A stretch of 64,000 bases of DNA from contig NW_019091362.1 in NCBI RefSeq assembly GCF_001949145.1, positions 434,670 to 498,669 on the forward strand, written 5' to 3'. Both the position numbers and the translations under genes were made by a program. This stretch comes from Acanthaster planci. Taxonomy: Eukaryota. The first letter of the stretch is position 1. Every line of letters begins with the position of its first letter. The notes under the pieces were generated by a model. The model was not told the origin of the DNA, did no database searches, and saw only the letters and a list, made by a program, of their open reading frames with translations. Positions 61,621-64,000 of this stretch are shown piece by piece.

Positions 61621-64000
61621 CCTTACTCACCAAAGCATTTCCACATGTTCTATGAGGATCCTTCCAGATACTGCCAAAAATCCAGCATTCTCCAGTAACC
61701 TACTAGTATCAGCAGGTTCAATTATAAGGAATGGACCACTATTGGTATAAGTTCTGAAATTCTAGGAAAGCCAGGTCACAGTGAGGTGTTGAATTTCTTG
61801 GATTTGGACAGATAAATTATGCTGTACATGTACATGTATTTTGGTCACATGTACATGTGTGTTTTTATATGGGAAGTAATAATACTCTCCCCCGTAATGT
61901 TTTAACTTTTAGGGATTTTCATCGGAGAATTTGGATTTTGGAAACATGTGGACTTTGAAGTGCTTACTGTACCCGGTAGATAAATTATACGTACCAACCG
62001 ATATGATTATTGTGTTCTTTAGTATATTATGTTAAACTTTGTTTAGCCAACTGGTACCAGTACATATCATTAGGGGGGTGATGTACATGCATGTACGGTA
62101 AGTACGGGTATTGCAAAATCCTCAATACATGTATGTACATGTACATGTACCGGTAGTTGAATGGGACTGTGATTTTCATGTACATGTACATGCACCGGCA
62201 GAAGTCAGTCATTTCTTGGCACAAAATCAAATGAGGATGTTAAAATCCATATCAGAAGCTGTATAATTAAATATTGTAAAAAAAATAACTTTGTGTGCAA
62301 TGTACTCACAAAGTTTGAGATTACATGTATTTTTCACACCAGCACTTGAATAGCTGTGCAAGTATTGCGCTGGAGTGGAAGCTCTTAAAGTTTACCTGGT
62401 ACATGTACATGGGTACCGCTCCATACATGTGTACATGTACATACATGTACATGTGTGTTAATTCATATTCAATAGCAGTCAACAGAAGTACAGTACATGT
62501 ACATGTAGTACTGGTACAGTACAGTATGCTCTAGCTTGTAGTCTGTGGGATAGATAAATTACCATGGTTTCCAGCTCAAAAAAGGCATGTGCAATTATTT
62601 GTTATGGTTATTAAAAATAGTTGGCATTCATAGCTACAGTCGTCATGTCAGCTCCCGTTACAGTTTTGATCATTAACCTGTCAAGCTGTTGTCATTGAAA
62701 TGAAATTGATGGTCAGTGTTTTGGCAGAATTGTGTGATTGATTTTGGTAGATTATTCTGGTAAAGTGCAAATATCCCATATGTACCTACATGTACACATA
62801 CATGTAGGGCGCATACATGCACACTGTACATGTACATGAATGTACAGTTGAATTCTAGAGTAAAACTGCAGTGACTGGAACGTTTTATGTTGAAGCATAA
62901 AAAGTCGAAAATTGAACCAAATACGGTATTTTTTGTGCATGTGTAAAAAGTTCAGGTACCATACCTGTCCCATACATGTAGCCTACATGTATTTGTACAG
63001 TTGATGTTTTCTACTGTATTTGATAAAAGGAAGTTAAAGAAGAGATCTGTCTAAATATTCACCTTGCTCATAGGAACAAGATGACAATACATGTATGCAC
63101 TGAAAATAATACAGTGACAGAAAATATACGTTACAGGTAACTACAAATTGTAATCATAAAAAATAAGTATTGATGAAATGGAATACAGATCCCAGAAAGT
63201 TCCTTTAATGTTCCACCAATACTGGCATCTTAAGTTGATATTTTGAGCATAGCGTATGAGTACATTCATGTACATGTTCATGATGTTTTACAAGTGTGCA
63301 TACCTTAGTAGGCCCTTCTGGTACTTGGTATGCCAGACAGGATGTCTGTACTCTGTAGGGTCGTTGGTAATATTGGTGTGAGAGGACACACTGCCCCTTC
63401 CTGGAATCCAGTGTTCTAAACTTGGGAGAAAGCAAAGTGAAGGGTTGCAACGGGGAACCTGAAAAAGGAAGAGTTTATCTTCTTCAGACTGTCCATGATC
63501 TTCCCAGTCAGAGCTGGCATTGAGCCTATCCTTCAATTAGTTTGTGCCTGGTACAGGTGACCTGTGGGAGGACCCAGACACACCCAGCCAGTCCAAGGCC
63601 AGTAGAGGCAGTGCTAGTGAGGACTTCAAAATCCACACTCAGGTATTCCAGAATCAGAGAATCACCACCTTCCAAAGAGGAAATTAAGGAAGATTTGGAT
63701 AAATCTTTTAATCAGTTGTTTCTATTCCTTCCAAAGAAATTTTATATCCTTCTCCTACCAAGGTCCCAAGGTACATGTACATGTACATGTACCTGTAGTG
63801 TACATGTACAACTGTAGGGTACATATACATGTACCCATGTGAAGAACATTCTCTAACATTTCTCTGAAGGCCTACTGGTACATGGCCACACTGAACCAAC
63901 ACACTTTCAGCCCAGCTTTAGGCTTACCAATGCGAGTAGTGTTCTTATAACACCATACTGTAATAAATTCCAGAGCTTACATGTAAGTCTTTTCATTTGT

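Larger units (their letters stand above)
48400..64000. repeat. Dense scattered TA-(C..G)-TA arrays (TACATG, TACCGG, TACTAG, TACAG, TACTGG modules) in the neurabin introns
   Basis: Examples at 52776-52940, 54181-54310, 56830-56863, 57103-57127, 59459-59488, 62400-62455 and 63770-63835. Not seen in the coding exon. Confidence 0.9.

Noticed and set aside
63557..63642. Next neurabin exon (TACAG|GTGACC...CTCAG|GTATTC)
   Set aside because: Weak pyrimidine tract and no neurabin motif (no RVxF-type PP1 site or PDZ start) in any frame. It cannot be supported without RNA data.
56359..63902. Many short ORFs rich in YMYM, TCTC and VHVH
   Set aside because: They are translations of TACATG arrays, not proteins.

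Overview
Intron-rich animal genomic DNA from a marine invertebrate; gene content and repeat style suggest a deuterostome, possibly an echinoderm, but the species cannot be fixed from sequence alone. Most entries in the ORF track are noise, so I built gene models by hand from GT-AG junctions and phase matching. (1) The last four coding exons of PA2G4/EBP1 (+, 1-2426). (2) A complete 12-exon alpha/epsilon-sarcoglycan gene (-, ATG 46064 to stop 5372, 1383 nt, 460 aa), with a 24-nt microexon and a 47-nt exon whose skipping would give an alternative C terminus ending EWSVL, a possible PDZ ligand. (3) Head-to-head with it, the large N-terminal coding exon of a probable neurabin/spinophilin (PPP1R9) gene (+, 54515-56323), matching the human SGCE-PPP1R9A and SGCA-PPP1R9B pairs. 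Introns hold many non-autonomous DNA transposons (Harbinger, hAT, foldback, a deleted DD37D-type Tc1/mariner), a tRNA-Thr-derived dimeric retro-insert and LINE debris. The most notable signal is the dense set of TA-(C..G)-TA arrays (TACATGTA, TACCGGTA, TACTAGTA, TACAGTA). Comparing inverted-repeat arms inside the window shows such motifs standing where the partner arm has a single TA, which fits accumulated Tc1/mariner excision footprints better than ordinary microsatellites.
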